Source: Verrucomicrobiota bacterium
GTDB lineage: Bacteria > Verrucomicrobiota > Verrucomicrobiia > Limisphaerales > CANJSG01
NCBI GenBank assembly: GCA_038209745.1
Contig: JBBQXJ010000022.1
Coordinates: 1 to 57,466, forward strand
Direction: 5' to 3'
Length of the DNA stretch: 57,466 nt
Part shown: one piece after another, positions 18,583-28,964 of the stretch
Layout of the letters: every line of letters begins with the position of its first letter
Position numbering within the stretch: position 1 is the first letter of the stretch
Translations under genes and position numbers: made by a program
The notes under the pieces: model-generated
Told to the model about the DNA's origin: nothing
The model's database searches: none
The model's input: the letters and a program-made list of their open reading frames with translations, nothing else

Positions 18583-19201
18583 TCAAACCTGTTTTCGCTG
18601 CGCCCACTTCCTGCCTGCCCTCAACGCGGCCAGTGTTTCCCGTAATCGGCGCTCCGTGGTTTCGAGCTGTCTCGACGTCGAAACCCACACCAGATATTCC
18701 GCGGGCAGATCGGCTTCAGGGACCGAAAGAATTCGGCCGCGCTGGGTTTGGATTTCTCCGCCAAAGCGGCCGCGAAGAAATCCAGCACCGGCCACGTCGC
18801 GCGCTTCACTTTGGGCACCGGAGGAATCGTCGGATCGTCGGCCAGTGCGACCGCTTGCCGCGGCAATCGCCTCAGCTCCCCGGGGTCGATTCCTTCCAGC
18901 GTCGTCAGGCGGATGGACCGGATGTTCGGGTCGTCACAGCCTATCTCGGCAAGCAACCGTCCCGGATCGAGCAACGCGGTTCCCCGGAAAAAAGCAGCCC
19001 GAGACGCGTCCGGCAGCCGCTCATGCCGCACACCAGTTTGCGTTCGGAGAAACAGAGCCTGTTCCACTTGATCGCCTCCAAAAGATCAGGTTCCCAAGCG
19101 AGGATCCATTCACGCCTCCGCTCCGCCAACTTCCAGGAAAAGTCCCGGCAGGTCTCGATCCAATCGATCGGCTTTCTGGAGCGAGCCCGAGAGCAGTCCA
19201 T
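18583..19201 (-). pseudogene. YdeI/OmdA (DUF1801 + OmdA) family pseudogene
   Basis: LLEAIKWNRLCF..., FFRGTAL.DP..., AAEFFRSL..., EYLVWVSTSRQLETTERRL distributed over three frames (at least 2 frameshifts). Confidence 0.75.
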
Positions 19202-19210
19202 GTCCGAACC

Positions 19211-19618
19211 TCACCGCAAAGGCGCTTCGGCCGGCAACACCCACGCCTGTGGATGATGGGCGAATCCTACCCGGGGATAATACTCCGCCGCTTTGGGGGC
19301 CGAGAGCAGGATGAGCGTGGCGGTTCCGCCCGCATCCCGCGTTCGCCGGATCAATTCCCGGCCGATGCCCCTCCGTTGGTGCGAATCCCTGACCGCGAGG
19401 TCCGACAAATAGGTGCAATAGGCGAAATCGCTCAAACTCCGGGCAAGCCCCACCATCCGTTCTCCCTCCCAAGCGGTGACCACGAGGTTCGCGTTGCGAA
19501 GCATCGCCTCCATCCGCGCCCGGTCCGCCACCGGCCGCCGCTCGCCCAGTGTCGAGGCATGGTAGAGGTCGATGACTCCGTCCAAATCCAGATCGTTCCC
19601 GAGGCGATAGGTGATCAC
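19211..19618 (-). CDS. GNAT-family N-acetyltransferase
   Basis: VGLARSLSDFAYCTYLSDLAV, QRRGIG acetyl-CoA motif, YYPRVGF. Confidence 0.9.
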   Translation of the reverse strand: MITYRLGNDLDLDGVIDLYHASTLGERRPVADRARMEAMLRNANLVVTAWEGERMVGLARSLSDFAYCTYLSDLAVRDSHQRRGIGRELIRRTRDAGGTATLILLSAPKAAEYYPRVGFAHHPQAWVLPAEAPLR

Positions 19619-19735
19619 GGAACCGAGCGAAACGCCTCCCTTCACGCCAAGTCGATCCGAAATTCGGCTGAAGAATCCCGCTTGCCCGCAACACCGCCCG
19701 GCGCCTCGATAAACGCCCCCCACGATTCCGTTGCC

Positions 19736-20127
19736 ATGGAACGATTCCTCATCTTCCCCGCCCTGCTCTGCGTCGCCGGGACCACGTTCGCCGCCGAAGC
19801 GCCCGCCGCCACGCCGATGATGAAACCCGACGCGAAAACTTCATCCGGGACTAGCTCACGTCCGCCCCGATCAAGCTCGGACCGGAAAACGCCGGAGCCA
19901 GCTGCATCGCGGAATACCGGTTGAAGGACGAGGCGGAACTCAAGCCCAAGGTCGGCGACAAGGCCAAGGCCGAAGGCGAAGAGATCACCCGGAAAGTGAT
20001 CCACGCGAAGGACTCTTGATTCGACTTCAAGGTCATCAACGAGCTCAACCACTACCAGGGCCGCCTCCGCTCCACCGACAAGGATGCCAAGGCTTCCACG
20101 GACCACGCCGTCAAACTCGCCCCGTGA
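19736..20127 (+). pseudogene. Decayed secreted protein gene
   Basis: Signal peptide MERFLIFPALLCVAGTTFAAE, then a frameshift into ENFIRD*LTSAPIKLG...LKPKVGDKAK...KDS*FDFKVINELNHYQG...VKLAP*; two in-frame stops while codon bias is retained. Confidence 0.6.
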
Positions 20128-20131
20128 TCCC

Positions 20132-21154
20132 TCACGCCGTGCGGCGGAGGAGGAAGACGCCTTCATCGCCGCCGTCATTGGTCCATTGGGCCGACACGGC
20201 CAACCCGACCTCCGCGAACTGGGCCGCCACCCTTTCGGGCGTGTGCCGGTAGGAATAGAAAAGCCCGAAACGATCGCCCGGCTTGAAGCACCATTCCCGC
20301 CCCGCTGTTGCCAGCACACAGCTCCGTTCGAAGACGTAGTCCGCCTCGATGCGGATGAGGCCCGAGCCCTCGGGACAATCCGCCAACTGGAACTCCACCC
20401 GTCCATCACCGCGCTCGGCGCCAAGATCCAGCAGCGACGTCTGGAGCCACTCCGCCGTCAGCGCGTTTTCATAGAGCGGCAACACTTCGCGAACGCCCGC
20501 CGCATAGTCTGTCCCCGGCGCCAGATTCGCGCTGACCAGCAGGAGGTCGTTCGGGCCGATCAATCCGGCCAGCCGCGACAAGACCCGGCCCGGCGGAAAG
20601 TTCGGCATCATCCCGAAGAAGGCCACGATGCGCCTCGCACCCGGTCGCAGCACTTCGCCGAAAGCCGCGTTCCAGTCCGCGACCGTTTCGAGGTCCAACA
20701 CCAGCGGACGGCACGCCTCGGGGGCGAGTCCGGCATCGGCCCTGGCCGCGTCGCGGGCGACGAGTGTCAGTCCCACGCTCACGTCCGACGGCAGATAGGC
20801 CGCGTCGCACGGGTGGGGTCCGCGCAGCAACGACCGGAGGATCGCCACGTCCTTCTGGCCACCGCCACATCCGAGCGACAAGACGTCCACCGCCTGCGCG
20901 TCACCCAGCTCCGCCGCGGCTTTTTCGACTGCCATGTGATAGGAGAGATCCGCCGACTCGTCGCGTCGCGCCGGTGAATAGGCCTCGTGCAGTCGGAGCC
21001 AGCGCCGGGTCTGCTTGGGGGACTGGTAGTGGAAGGCGTGGTTCATCCGCCGGGTGTTCAAAGACGCCACCAGCGCCGCCTCCACCGCAGCGGGAAACTG
21101 GCTCGGATGGATCAGGACCGGGACGCTGATGGCTGGCAGGGCGGGCGGATTCAC
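20132..21154 (-). CDS. EgtD-like histidine-specific SAM-dependent methyltransferase
   Basis: IHPSQFP, FHYQSPKQ, SAM-binding LSLGCGGGQKD, FFGMMPNF, LFYSYRHT. Start approximate. Confidence 0.75.
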   Translation of the reverse strand: MNPPALPAISVPVLIHPSQFPAAVEAALVASLNTRRMNHAFHYQSPKQTRRWLRLHEAYSPARRDESADLSYHMAVEKAAAELGDAQAVDVLSLGCGGGQKDVAILRSLLRGPHPCDAAYLPSDVSVGLTLVARDAARADAGLAPEACRPLVLDLETVADWNAAFGEVLRPGARRIVAFFGMMPNFPPGRVLSRLAGLIGPNDLLLVSANLAPGTDYAAGVREVLPLYENALTAEWLQTSLLDLGAERGDGRVEFQLADCPEGSGLIRIEADYVFERSCVLATAGREWCFKPGDRFGLFYSYRHTPERVAAQFAEVGLAVSAQWTNDGGDEGVFLLRRTA

Positions 21155-21438
21155 GCTGGGCGAGTTCTGCGGTAATTCGCGCCCGTGACAAAGCACAAAA
21201 CACGCCCACGATCCAACGATAGAACACGCTTTCTCCGTCGATTTGCGGTTGGCTGCCGGGTCGATCGCCGAAACCGGGGTCAAGTCGAACGGCGCTGATC
21301 CGATGGATCTATGATGGGCCACCAGGAAATCCTTCAGCCTCGTGCCAAGGCCGCCCGACGGCCAAACAGCCTCGCGCGCCACGCGTCCTATCAGAACCGC
21401 GTCGTGAAAAGTTGGAGCGCATCCTGGAACAGCTTCCT

Positions 21439-23916
21439 ATGAGACAAGCGTCGCCGCCCCCTGAAGAAACCAAGCGCCAAGCGGCTTTGGATCGGTACGC
21501 CGTCCTCGACACCCTCCCCGAACAGGCCTACGACGACATCACCCATCTTGCCTCCCAGATCTGCGACGTGCCGATCACTCTTGTCAGCCTGATCGACCGC
21601 GACCGGCAATGGTTCAAGTCACGGGTCGGGCTCGACGCCACGGAGACGCCCCGCGACCTCGCCTTCTGCGCCCATGCGATCCTGCAGGAAGAAGTGATGG
21701 TGGTGCCGGACGCCACGGCCGATCCGCGCTTCGCCGACAACCCTCTCGTCACCGGTGCGCCGGGGATCCGCTTCTACGCGGGAACCCCGCTGATGACGCC
21801 CGATCACTTTCCGCTGGGCACGCTGTGCGTGATCGACACCGTCCCGCGGCAGCTGTCCGACGGGCAGAGGCAGGCCCTGGCCATCCTGGGCCGCCAAGTC
21901 GTGGCCCAGCTCGAACTGCGCCGCCAGCTTCTGGAGCAGCAACGCCTGGCCGAAGCGGTCCGCTGGAGCGAAAAGCGTTTCAGCGACGCCTTCGAACACG
22001 CCGTCGTCGCTACCGCGCTGGTCTCCACCACTGGACGCTTTCTCCAAGTGAACCACGCCCTCTGTGACCTTCTCGGCTACGCGGAGGACGAACTGCTCGC
22101 CCTCGCCATCCAGGATGTCACCCATCCGGACGACCTTGCATCGCAGACCAACGCCGTGCGTTCGCAGATCGCCGGCAGCCCGGGTGCCCGCCGACTCGAA
22201 CAGCGCTATCTGCACAAAACCGGCCGCGTCTTGTGGACCCGGGGAGGTCTTTCATTGATCCACTCCGGCACCGAGGAGGCCCAATTCTTCATCGCGCATA
22301 TCGAGGACATCACCGGGCGCAAGACCGCAGAGGACGCCCTGCAGCGGGCGACGGTCCTGCTCGACGAATCCCAGACCCTCGCGCGTGTGGGGGGCTGGGA
22401 ACTGGATCTGCGGGACAATTCGCTCTTCTGGACGAAGGAAACCTTTCGAATCCATGACACCTCCCGAGCCGACTACACGCCCGCCGTCGAGTCGGCCATA
22501 GAGTTCTACGCCCCGGAATCACGGCCCATCATTCGCGACGCGTTGGAGAGCGCCATCCGGGACCAGCGCGGATTCTCCCTCGAACTCGAGCTGATCACCG
22601 CCAAGGGCCGCCGAATCTGGGTCCAGGCGACCAGCCGGATCGTCTCGGAAGACGGACGGACGGTCAAAGTCATCGGGGCGTTCCAGGACATCACCGCCCG
22701 CAAACTGGCGAAGGCAGAACTGCTCCGGGCCAAGGAAGCGGCCGAAGAAGCCAACAAGGCCAAGAGCGAGTTCCTCGCCGTCATGAGCCACGAGATCCGG
22801 ACGCCGATGAACGGCGTCCTTGGCTTCGCCGACTTGCTGGACGAAACCGATCTCGGTGAAACCCAGCGCAAGTTCGTCTCGATCATCCGTCAATCGGGCC
22901 GCTCGCTCCTCGCGCTGCTGAACGACATCCTCGACTTCTCGAAGATCGAAGCCGGACGGGTCCAACTGGAAGACTCGCCCTTCGACCCGGCCCTGGCCGT
23001 TCGGCATGCAACCCACATGCTCCTCTCCAACGGGACCCAGAAGGACCTGTCCCTGACCGTCCAATGCGCCCCGGACCTGCCGGCAAGGATCATGGGTGAC
23101 ACGGCCCGAGTGCAACAGGTGCTCCTCAACCTCCTCGGCAACGCCATCAAGTTCACCCGGATCGGAGGCGTGCGCATCGAAGCCACCGTGGCAAGTGGGA
23201 GCGCCCTCAAGTTCTCCGTCATCGACACCGGCATCGGCATTGCGCCCGACAAGATCCCCCGGCTTTTCCAAAAGTTTTCCCAGGCCGACGCCTCCACCAC
23301 CCGTGAATTCGGCGGCACCGGCCTCGGCTTGGCCATCAGCCGCCGCCTCGTCGAAATCATGGGCGGCCAGATCGGAGTCGAGAGCGTTCCCGGCAGTGGC
23401 TCCACCTTCTGGTTTACCTTGCCGATACGCCTTCCGGTCAGCTCCGCCTCCTCCAACAAAGCCCCCGCCACCGCCCCCGCCACCGCCGCCACCACCGCGT
23501 CCCCGGTGCGCCGGCTTACCGGCAACCGCGTGCTGCTCGCCGAGGATTCCGTCATCAACCAAGCCCTCGTCCAAAACATCCTGGAGGATCTGGGCTGCGA
23601 ACTCGATGTCGCCACCAACGGCGCCGAAGCGGTCGCTCTCGCAACCAACCAGTCCTACGACGCCATTCTCATGGACTGTCTGATGCCCGAGATGGACGGA
23701 TTCGAGGCCACCCGCCGCATCCGCCGCGAACAGGGGATGCTCGGAAAAAGAACACCCATCATCGCCCTGACCGCCAACGCCATGTCCGGCGATCGCCAGA
23801 AATGCCTGGAGGCGGGCATGGACGACTACCTCTCCAAGCCCTTCCGCACCGCCGATCTTCGCCGTGTCCTGGACCGCTGGCTCAACGTCCACGTTCCTCC
23901 GGGCGCAGCCCGGTAG
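21439..23916 (+). CDS. Hybrid sensor histidine kinase (GAF-PAS-PAS-HisKA-HATPase-REC)
   Basis: GAF FCAHAI/IRFYAG; H-box MSHEIRTPMNG; NAIKFT, DTGIG, GTGLGL; receiver LMDCLMPEMDG. Confidence 0.95.
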   Translation: MRQASPPPEETKRQAALDRYAVLDTLPEQAYDDITHLASQICDVPITLVSLIDRDRQWFKSRVGLDATETPRDLAFCAHAILQEEVMVVPDATADPRFADNPLVTGAPGIRFYAGTPLMTPDHFPLGTLCVIDTVPRQLSDGQRQALAILGRQVVAQLELRRQLLEQQRLAEAVRWSEKRFSDAFEHAVVATALVSTTGRFLQVNHALCDLLGYAEDELLALAIQDVTHPDDLASQTNAVRSQIAGSPGARRLEQRYLHKTGRVLWTRGGLSLIHSGTEEAQFFIAHIEDITGRKTAEDALQRATVLLDESQTLARVGGWELDLRDNSLFWTKETFRIHDTSRADYTPAVESAIEFYAPESRPIIRDALESAIRDQRGFSLELELITAKGRRIWVQATSRIVSEDGRTVKVIGAFQDITARKLAKAELLRAKEAAEEANKAKSEFLAVMSHEIRTPMNGVLGFADLLDETDLGETQRKFVSIIRQSGRSLLALLNDILDFSKIEAGRVQLEDSPFDPALAVRHATHMLLSNGTQKDLSLTVQCAPDLPARIMGDTARVQQVLLNLLGNAIKFTRIGGVRIEATVASGSALKFSVIDTGIGIAPDKIPRLFQKFSQADASTTREFGGTGLGLAISRRLVEIMGGQIGVESVPGSGSTFWFTLPIRLPVSSASSNKAPATAPATAATTASPVRRLTGNRVLLAEDSVINQALVQNILEDLGCELDVATNGAEAVALATNQSYDAILMDCLMPEMDGFEATRRIRREQGMLGKRTPIIALTANAMSGDRQKCLEAGMDDYLSKPFRTADLRRVLDRWLNVHVPPGAAR

Positions 23917-23936
23917 GACGCCACGCCCCCTCCGCG

Positions 23937-24539
23937 TCAGCGGCCCATCAGATACTCCCTCAGACCGTTGAGGAACATCTGCACCGAGAGCATCACCAGG
24001 AGCATTCCCATCAACCGCTCCACGGCCCGCGCGCCCCGCTGCCGCAGGATCCGCACGATGGCCGGCGCGGACACCAACACGCAAAACGTGGCCGTCCAGG
24101 CGATCAGCACGGCCCAAAGTCCGATCCACGTCCCGTGCGGCTTGCTCGTGATCAAAATGACCGTCGCCAACGCCGAAGGCCCCGCCACCAGCGGCGTCGC
24201 CAACGGAACGATGAACGGTTCCCCCTCCTCCGGATCCACTCCTGCGGACTTCCGGCCCCGGCCGGGCAGGATCATTTCGATGGCGATCAGGAAGAGCACC
24301 ATTGCCCCCGCCATCGAGATCGCCTCCTGCTGGATCCCGAGCAACGCCATCAACTGCCGTCCTCCGACGACAAACCCCAGCATGAGGGCCAGCGCGCACA
24401 ACAACTCACGCACCACCACCGCGCGCCGCCGCTCCGGCGCCACCGTCTGGAGGATGGAGACGAAGTTCGGCACGTTGCCCAACGGATCCATCGTCAGCAG
24501 CAACAGACCCACGGCGGAGAGGAGTTCGGGATTGTCCAT
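23937..24539 (-). CDS. MarC-family membrane protein
   Basis: MDPLGNVP, VPLATPLVAGPSALAT, ERLMGMLL. Confidence 0.92.
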   Translation of the reverse strand: MDNPELLSAVGLLLLTMDPLGNVPNFVSILQTVAPERRRAVVVRELLCALALMLGFVVGGRQLMALLGIQQEAISMAGAMVLFLIAIEMILPGRGRKSAGVDPEEGEPFIVPLATPLVAGPSALATVILITSKPHGTWIGLWAVLIAWTATFCVLVSAPAIVRILRQRGARAVERLMGMLLVMLSVQMFLNGLREYLMGR

Positions 24540-24562
24540 CGTGACGCGGTGCTTGGCGCGCT

Positions 24563-25705
24563 TCAGAACAGGACCACGAACTGGCCGTCGGGCCGGGCGA
24601 AAACCGCCGGGAAGCTCCACACGGGCAGCCCGGCCATCGTCGTCGTTTCACCCACCGGTTGGCCGGTCGCATCCAGAGCGCGCCACGAGACGCTGCCCCC
24701 CTTCTGCCATCCCGTCCCCTCCGCCCAGACCACCAGCGCTTCGCCCTTCCGGTTGACGGCCAAGGACGGATGTTTGCTGCCTGGCGACGGAGCCAGCGCA
24801 ACCACCGGAGCGAACCGCTTCAGCTCCGGAGCCGAGAACGAGCCGAAGACGCGGCCCTTCGCTTCCCAAGCGGCGTAGAGCCCCTGGCTGCTGGGCGCGA
24901 AAGCGGCCGAGCTCATCGGGCAAGCACCTATGGGCCAGGAATCGGACAAGGCTTCCGCGAAGGAGGCTCCGTGATCGCGGGAGACGAGCAGGTGCATGTC
25001 CCGCTCGGCGATCTCGGCGGCGGAGCGATAGAGCACCAGCAGATTGCCCGCGGGATCGACCTGGGTCCGAAGAGCGCAACAGCCACAGACCCCGTTCGCC
25101 GGACTGACGGGCCGTTCGGCAGAGAACGTTTCGCCGTCGTCCTTCGATGCGGCGACGAAGACCCGCCGCAGCTTTTCGCCGGGAACCGATGGATCGGGCG
25201 AGGCGTGCCAGACCAGGAAGACGTTCCCCTCGCGATCCGCCGCCACCCCGCCGCCGCCGTCGAGAAAGGCGGTCTGGCCCGAAAGGTTCCGCTGCGGTTC
25301 AAAGGCATCGCCCCGATCGTTCAGACGGGAGTAGAGAAAGGGCGCGCCCTCGGCTGGCTTGGGCTCGGCGAGGGAAGACCCGTTCCAAGCGACGTGGATG
25401 CGACCGCCCTTGCCGACCGCGAGCTGGGCCCCGCGAATGGTTCCGACGGCGATCGCGCTGCCCTTCTGGCTGTTCACCCGCAGCACGACCGCTCCATTGG
25501 TCCGCCCACCCGGACGCTTCTGATAATAGACGTCGCAGGCCTTCGGGTCGCCCTGCAGCCAGACGAGATGCACGTCGCCGGCCGCGTCCACCTCCGCCCT
25601 CGGCTGCATCGCCCCGGCGGGCAGTCGCTCGATTTGGACATCGACGGCCTTCGACGAAAGGGCGGCCATCAGAAACAAGAAGGCGATGGGGCGAAGCAGA
25701 TTCAT
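24563..25705 (-). CDS. Secreted BNR/Asp-box (sialidase-like) beta-propeller protein
   Basis: Signal peptide; Asp boxes SKDDGETFS and SRDHGASF; CGCC and CPMS motifs. Confidence 0.8.
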   Translation of the reverse strand: MNLLRPIAFLFLMAALSSKAVDVQIERLPAGAMQPRAEVDAAGDVHLVWLQGDPKACDVYYQKRPGGRTNGAVVLRVNSQKGSAIAVGTIRGAQLAVGKGGRIHVAWNGSSLAEPKPAEGAPFLYSRLNDRGDAFEPQRNLSGQTAFLDGGGGVAADREGNVFLVWHASPDPSVPGEKLRRVFVAASKDDGETFSAERPVSPANGVCGCCALRTQVDPAGNLLVLYRSAAEIAERDMHLLVSRDHGASFAEALSDSWPIGACPMSSAAFAPSSQGLYAAWEAKGRVFGSFSAPELKRFAPVVALAPSPGSKHPSLAVNRKGEALVVWAEGTGWQKGGSVSWRALDATGQPVGETTTMAGLPVWSFPAVFARPDGQFVVLF

Positions 25706-25733
25706 AGTCGTTGTTCGAGTCGATCCAGAATGG

Positions 25734-26081
25734 TCACGCGGAGGTGCGGGAGAGCATCCCCCGAATCCAGCCGCTCTTCGCGCAGTCTGCCACACTTTTT
25801 CCACCACCGTTCTTCAGGCCTGGACTTACGCCACGGGCAAGAAACTCGGCGATGATCTCACGCTGGGCTTCGATCGCCTCCGGCGCACCCGATCCACCAC
25901 GACCGGTGTTCTGCACCTCGAGATGAAACAAGTTATCCCCGACGTAGATCCAATGGAAGATGCCCGACTCATCCGGCCTCGGCTTCCGCACGAGCTGCGT
26001 GGAGAACGAAGCGTCCGCCCGGAGCAGCCGCTCCACCGCACCAACGTCGTCGTCCACAATCGCTGTCAGGAGGCGGTTCAT
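25734..26081 (-). pseudogene. Ankyrin-repeat protein remnant (probable internal in-frame deletion)
   Basis: LLTAIVDDDVGAVERLL, GDNLFHL, FLARGVSPGLKNGGGKS: ankyrin-like pieces with only about one central repeat. Confidence 0.55.
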
Positions 26082-26288
26082 CGGTTCGGAAAGCCTGATT
26101 CCATCGAGCAAGCTTCTGTGGACTTGGCCCGAACCCGGCCAAGGTGGCGGACCTACAGTCTTTAGGCCGGGCTCCCCAATCCGGTTCTCACTTCAATTCG
26201 ATTGGCTCAGACAGACAAGGTCGTTTCGTCACACCAACCGCGAAACCCTCACCCTTTGATAAACCTCATGGGCGCTGCAGCGCCCTGG

Positions 26289-26717
26289 TTAGACCACGTC
26301 ATCGTGACCTTTTTTATCAACTTTCGTCGCAGCAATCTCTCGCACTCTGAATGCGATCTTGTTCTTTGAGTCGCGTGAAAGCGCAAGGTCTGCCGCCTCC
26401 ACCGCCTCCACCGCCTTATCACGACGATCAATCGCGAGCCATGCTTCAGCCAAGAGTGAAGGGGCTCTCGCCCCGTGATTCAGAGTCGTGGCAGCGGCAA
26501 GATAGGGAATCGCCTCGGTGAAACGCCGCAGCCGCATGTAGCACTCCCCGAGCAACTCGTAGGTCTTGAAATGTGGCGACTGGACCGCAGACGAATCGAA
26601 CAAGTCCGCTGCTTGTTCAAATGCTCCAGCTTCCATCAGCCGCCGAGCCTGCTCGTAGCGCTGGTGTGCTGGCGAACGCCCGCGCTCATCTACTGGCTCT
26701 TGAGCTTGAAATGTCAT
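26289..26717 (-). CDS. Tetratricopeptide-repeat protein
   Basis: ELLGECYMRLRRFTEAIPYLAAA TPR pattern; lower GC than the flanks. Confidence 0.7.
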   Translation of the reverse strand: MTFQAQEPVDERGRSPAHQRYEQARRLMEAGAFEQAADLFDSSAVQSPHFKTYELLGECYMRLRRFTEAIPYLAAATTLNHGARAPSLLAEAWLAIDRRDKAVEAVEAADLALSRDSKNKIAFRVREIAATKVDKKGHDDVV

Positions 26718-26800
26718 GGGTCGGTCGAAGTGGTCCAACCCTGATCCTTAGTTAAACTACGGGTGACCCGCTCCCGTATTTCACCCGTAAGGCCTTCTTG

Positions 26801-27997
26801 CTAAAGCCGCGTCGGGTCTTCCAGCAACTGCGCCAGGCGCGACAACAGCCGGCCGGCACCGCCGCCATCCAGCACGCGATGGTCGAAGCTCAGGGTCAGA
26901 TTCGCCTCCATCACCGGGACGAACGCCTTCTCGGCCTCGTCCCAACACGGGGCTTTGCGACCCGCTCCGAGACCCAGCACGAGGGTCTGTTCAGGGAGAG
27001 GAATGGGTGTGGCCCAGGTCAGGCCGAACGTCCCGAAGTTCGTCACCGTGGCGATGGAGCCGCCGGTGGCGTCGGGCGGCAGGCGCCGTTGCCGGGCCAG
27101 TTCCACCAGTTCGTTGTAGCGCTGGGTCAGCTCGGCCAGGGACTTCTTGTCCACGCCCCGGATGACCGGCACCAGCACGCCGTCCTCCGCCTCGACCGCG
27201 AACCCGATGTCGATGGCGGGCGGATGCACGATCTTGTTGCCGATCAAGCGACCGGCCGGCGCGCTGTTCTCCGCCAGAGCCAGGGCCAGGGCACGCAGGG
27301 CGTAGAGCGCCGGGCCGGGTTTGGGATTCTGGGAACGGCGATGCTCCAGAAGCGCGTCGAGCTTCACGGGCAAACCGACAGTGGCCAACGGCCGGGCCCA
27401 GCTGCGCCGCATCGCGTCGGCCACGGCCACGCGCATCGTCGAGGCCTGGGTCAGCCGGTGCTTCTCCAGCGAGGAGAGGAACAGCTCGAAGTCCTGGATG
27501 GTCACGCGGCCACCGGCGCCGCTGCCGGCCACGCCCGCCATGTCGGCCGCGTGCAGTCCGAGCTCGTGGATCCGCGCCTTCATGCGCGGCGACATGTAGC
27601 TGGCACCAGTGGCGTTGGCCGGAACGGGCAGGCCGCGCACGGTGGGTTCCACCTTGGCGTGGGCATGCAGTGGATCGGGCGCGGATTCCGCCCCGGTGGA
27701 AGACTGGGAAGACGGCGCGCCTTCTTCGGCCAGTCCGAGCTTTTCGGCTTCCGCAGCGGAGACCTGCAGCAGGCCGAGCTTGGCCCCGACGACGTAGCTC
27801 TGCTCCGGCACGGCGGACCAGCTGAGCACCTTGCCATTGGCGGGCGCGGCGACCGTCATGGTCGCCTTGCTGGTCTCCACTTCGATGACGTCCTGGCCGG
27901 CGGTGACTTCGACGCCGGCGTCGACGAGGAACCGGATGATGGTGGCCTCGGCGATGGACTCGCCGAGCTGGGGCATGATGAAAGGGACTTGGCGCAT
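26801..27997 (-). CDS. 2-oxoacid dehydrogenase E2 (dihydrolipoamide acyltransferase)
   Basis: Lipoyl domain MPQLGESI..VETSKA; E3-binding GSGAGGRVT; catalytic FDHRVLDG. Confidence 0.93.
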   Translation of the reverse strand: MRQVPFIMPQLGESIAEATIIRFLVDAGVEVTAGQDVIEVETSKATMTVAAPANGKVLSWSAVPEQSYVVGAKLGLLQVSAAEAEKLGLAEEGAPSSQSSTGAESAPDPLHAHAKVEPTVRGLPVPANATGASYMSPRMKARIHELGLHAADMAGVAGSGAGGRVTIQDFELFLSSLEKHRLTQASTMRVAVADAMRRSWARPLATVGLPVKLDALLEHRRSQNPKPGPALYALRALALALAENSAPAGRLIGNKIVHPPAIDIGFAVEAEDGVLVPVIRGVDKKSLAELTQRYNELVELARQRRLPPDATGGSIATVTNFGTFGLTWATPIPLPEQTLVLGLGAGRKAPCWDEAEKAFVPVMEANLTLSFDHRVLDGGGAGRLLSRLAQLLEDPTRL

Positions 27998-27998
27998 G

Positions 27999-28964
27999 TT
28001 ACCTCCTCAACAGATCGCGCGCCGCCGCCGCGATGGACTGGGCGGTCGGACGGTGGGCGGCCCACAGGTTCGGGTGATACGGAATGGGCGTGTCCTTGGC
28101 GTTCAACCGCTGCGGCGGCACGTCCAGCAGATCGAAGCCTTCACAGGCCACGCGCGCGATGACCTCGGCGGTCACCCCGCCCCAGGGCCAGGCTTCGCCC
28201 ACGCACAGCAACCGGCCGGTGCGGGCGACGGACGCCATCACGGTGTCGGTGTCCAGCGGCTTGATCGAACGGAGATCGACGACTTCCACCTCGTAGCCGT
28301 CGCCCTTCAGCTCTTCGGCCGCGGCGAGGGATTCATGGAGCATCGCGCTGTAGGTCACGATCGTCATGTCGCGGCCGGGCCGGGCGATCCGCGCCTTCCC
28401 CACGGGCAGGGCGGTGTCGGGCAGCTTGTCGGCCTTGAGATGGTAGTAGAGGTATTTGTGCTCGCAGAAGATGACCGGGTCGTCGATGGCGACCGCTTCC
28501 AGCAGCATGCTGTAGGCGTCCTCGACCGTCGCCGGCGTCATGACGATGAGACCCGGGAAATGCGCGTAGATCGTCTCCAGACTCTGGCTGTGGAACGGGC
28601 CGCCGCCGGAGGTGCCGCCGGAAGGCAGTCGCACGGTGATCGGACAGGGGACATCCGTCCGCCAATTGAGCGAGGCGGCGTGGTTGACGATCTGGTTCAA
28701 GCCGACGGTGGAGAAATCGGCGAACTGCATCTCGATGATCGGCCGTCGACCTTCGATGGCCGCGCCGATGGCGGACCCGATGATGGCGTCCTCGCTGATG
28801 GGGGCGTCGATCACGCGGCCGGGATACTTTCCGGCGAGATTCTTGGTGGCCTTGAACGCGCCGCCGAAAGCACCGACGTCCTGCCCATAGATGAAGACGC
28901 GCGGATCGTCGGCCAGGGCCTTGTCCTGCGCTTCGCGAATGGCGTCGAGGTAGGTGATGCTCAT
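27999..28964 (-). CDS. 2-oxoacid dehydrogenase E1 beta subunit
   Basis: GQDVGAFGGAF, DAPISE, EMQFADF, HSQS, DPVIFCEHK. Confidence 0.95.
   Translation of the reverse strand: MSITYLDAIREAQDKALADDPRVFIYGQDVGAFGGAFKATKNLAGKYPGRVIDAPISEDAIIGSAIGAAIEGRRPIIEMQFADFSTVGLNQIVNHAASLNWRTDVPCPITVRLPSGGTSGGGPFHSQSLETIYAHFPGLIVMTPATVEDAYSMLLEAVAIDDPVIFCEHKYLYYHLKADKLPDTALPVGKARIARPGRDMTIVTYSAMLHESLAAAEELKGDGYEVEVVDLRSIKPLDTDTVMASVARTGRLLCVGEAWPWGGVTAEVIARVACEGFDLLDVPPQRLNAKDTPIPYHPNLWAAHRPTAQSIAAAARDLLRR

Noticed and set aside
21439..23916. Orphan hybrid kinases (also 40780..44211) as a novel signalling system
   Set aside because: Common domain architectures with no distinctive partner genes.
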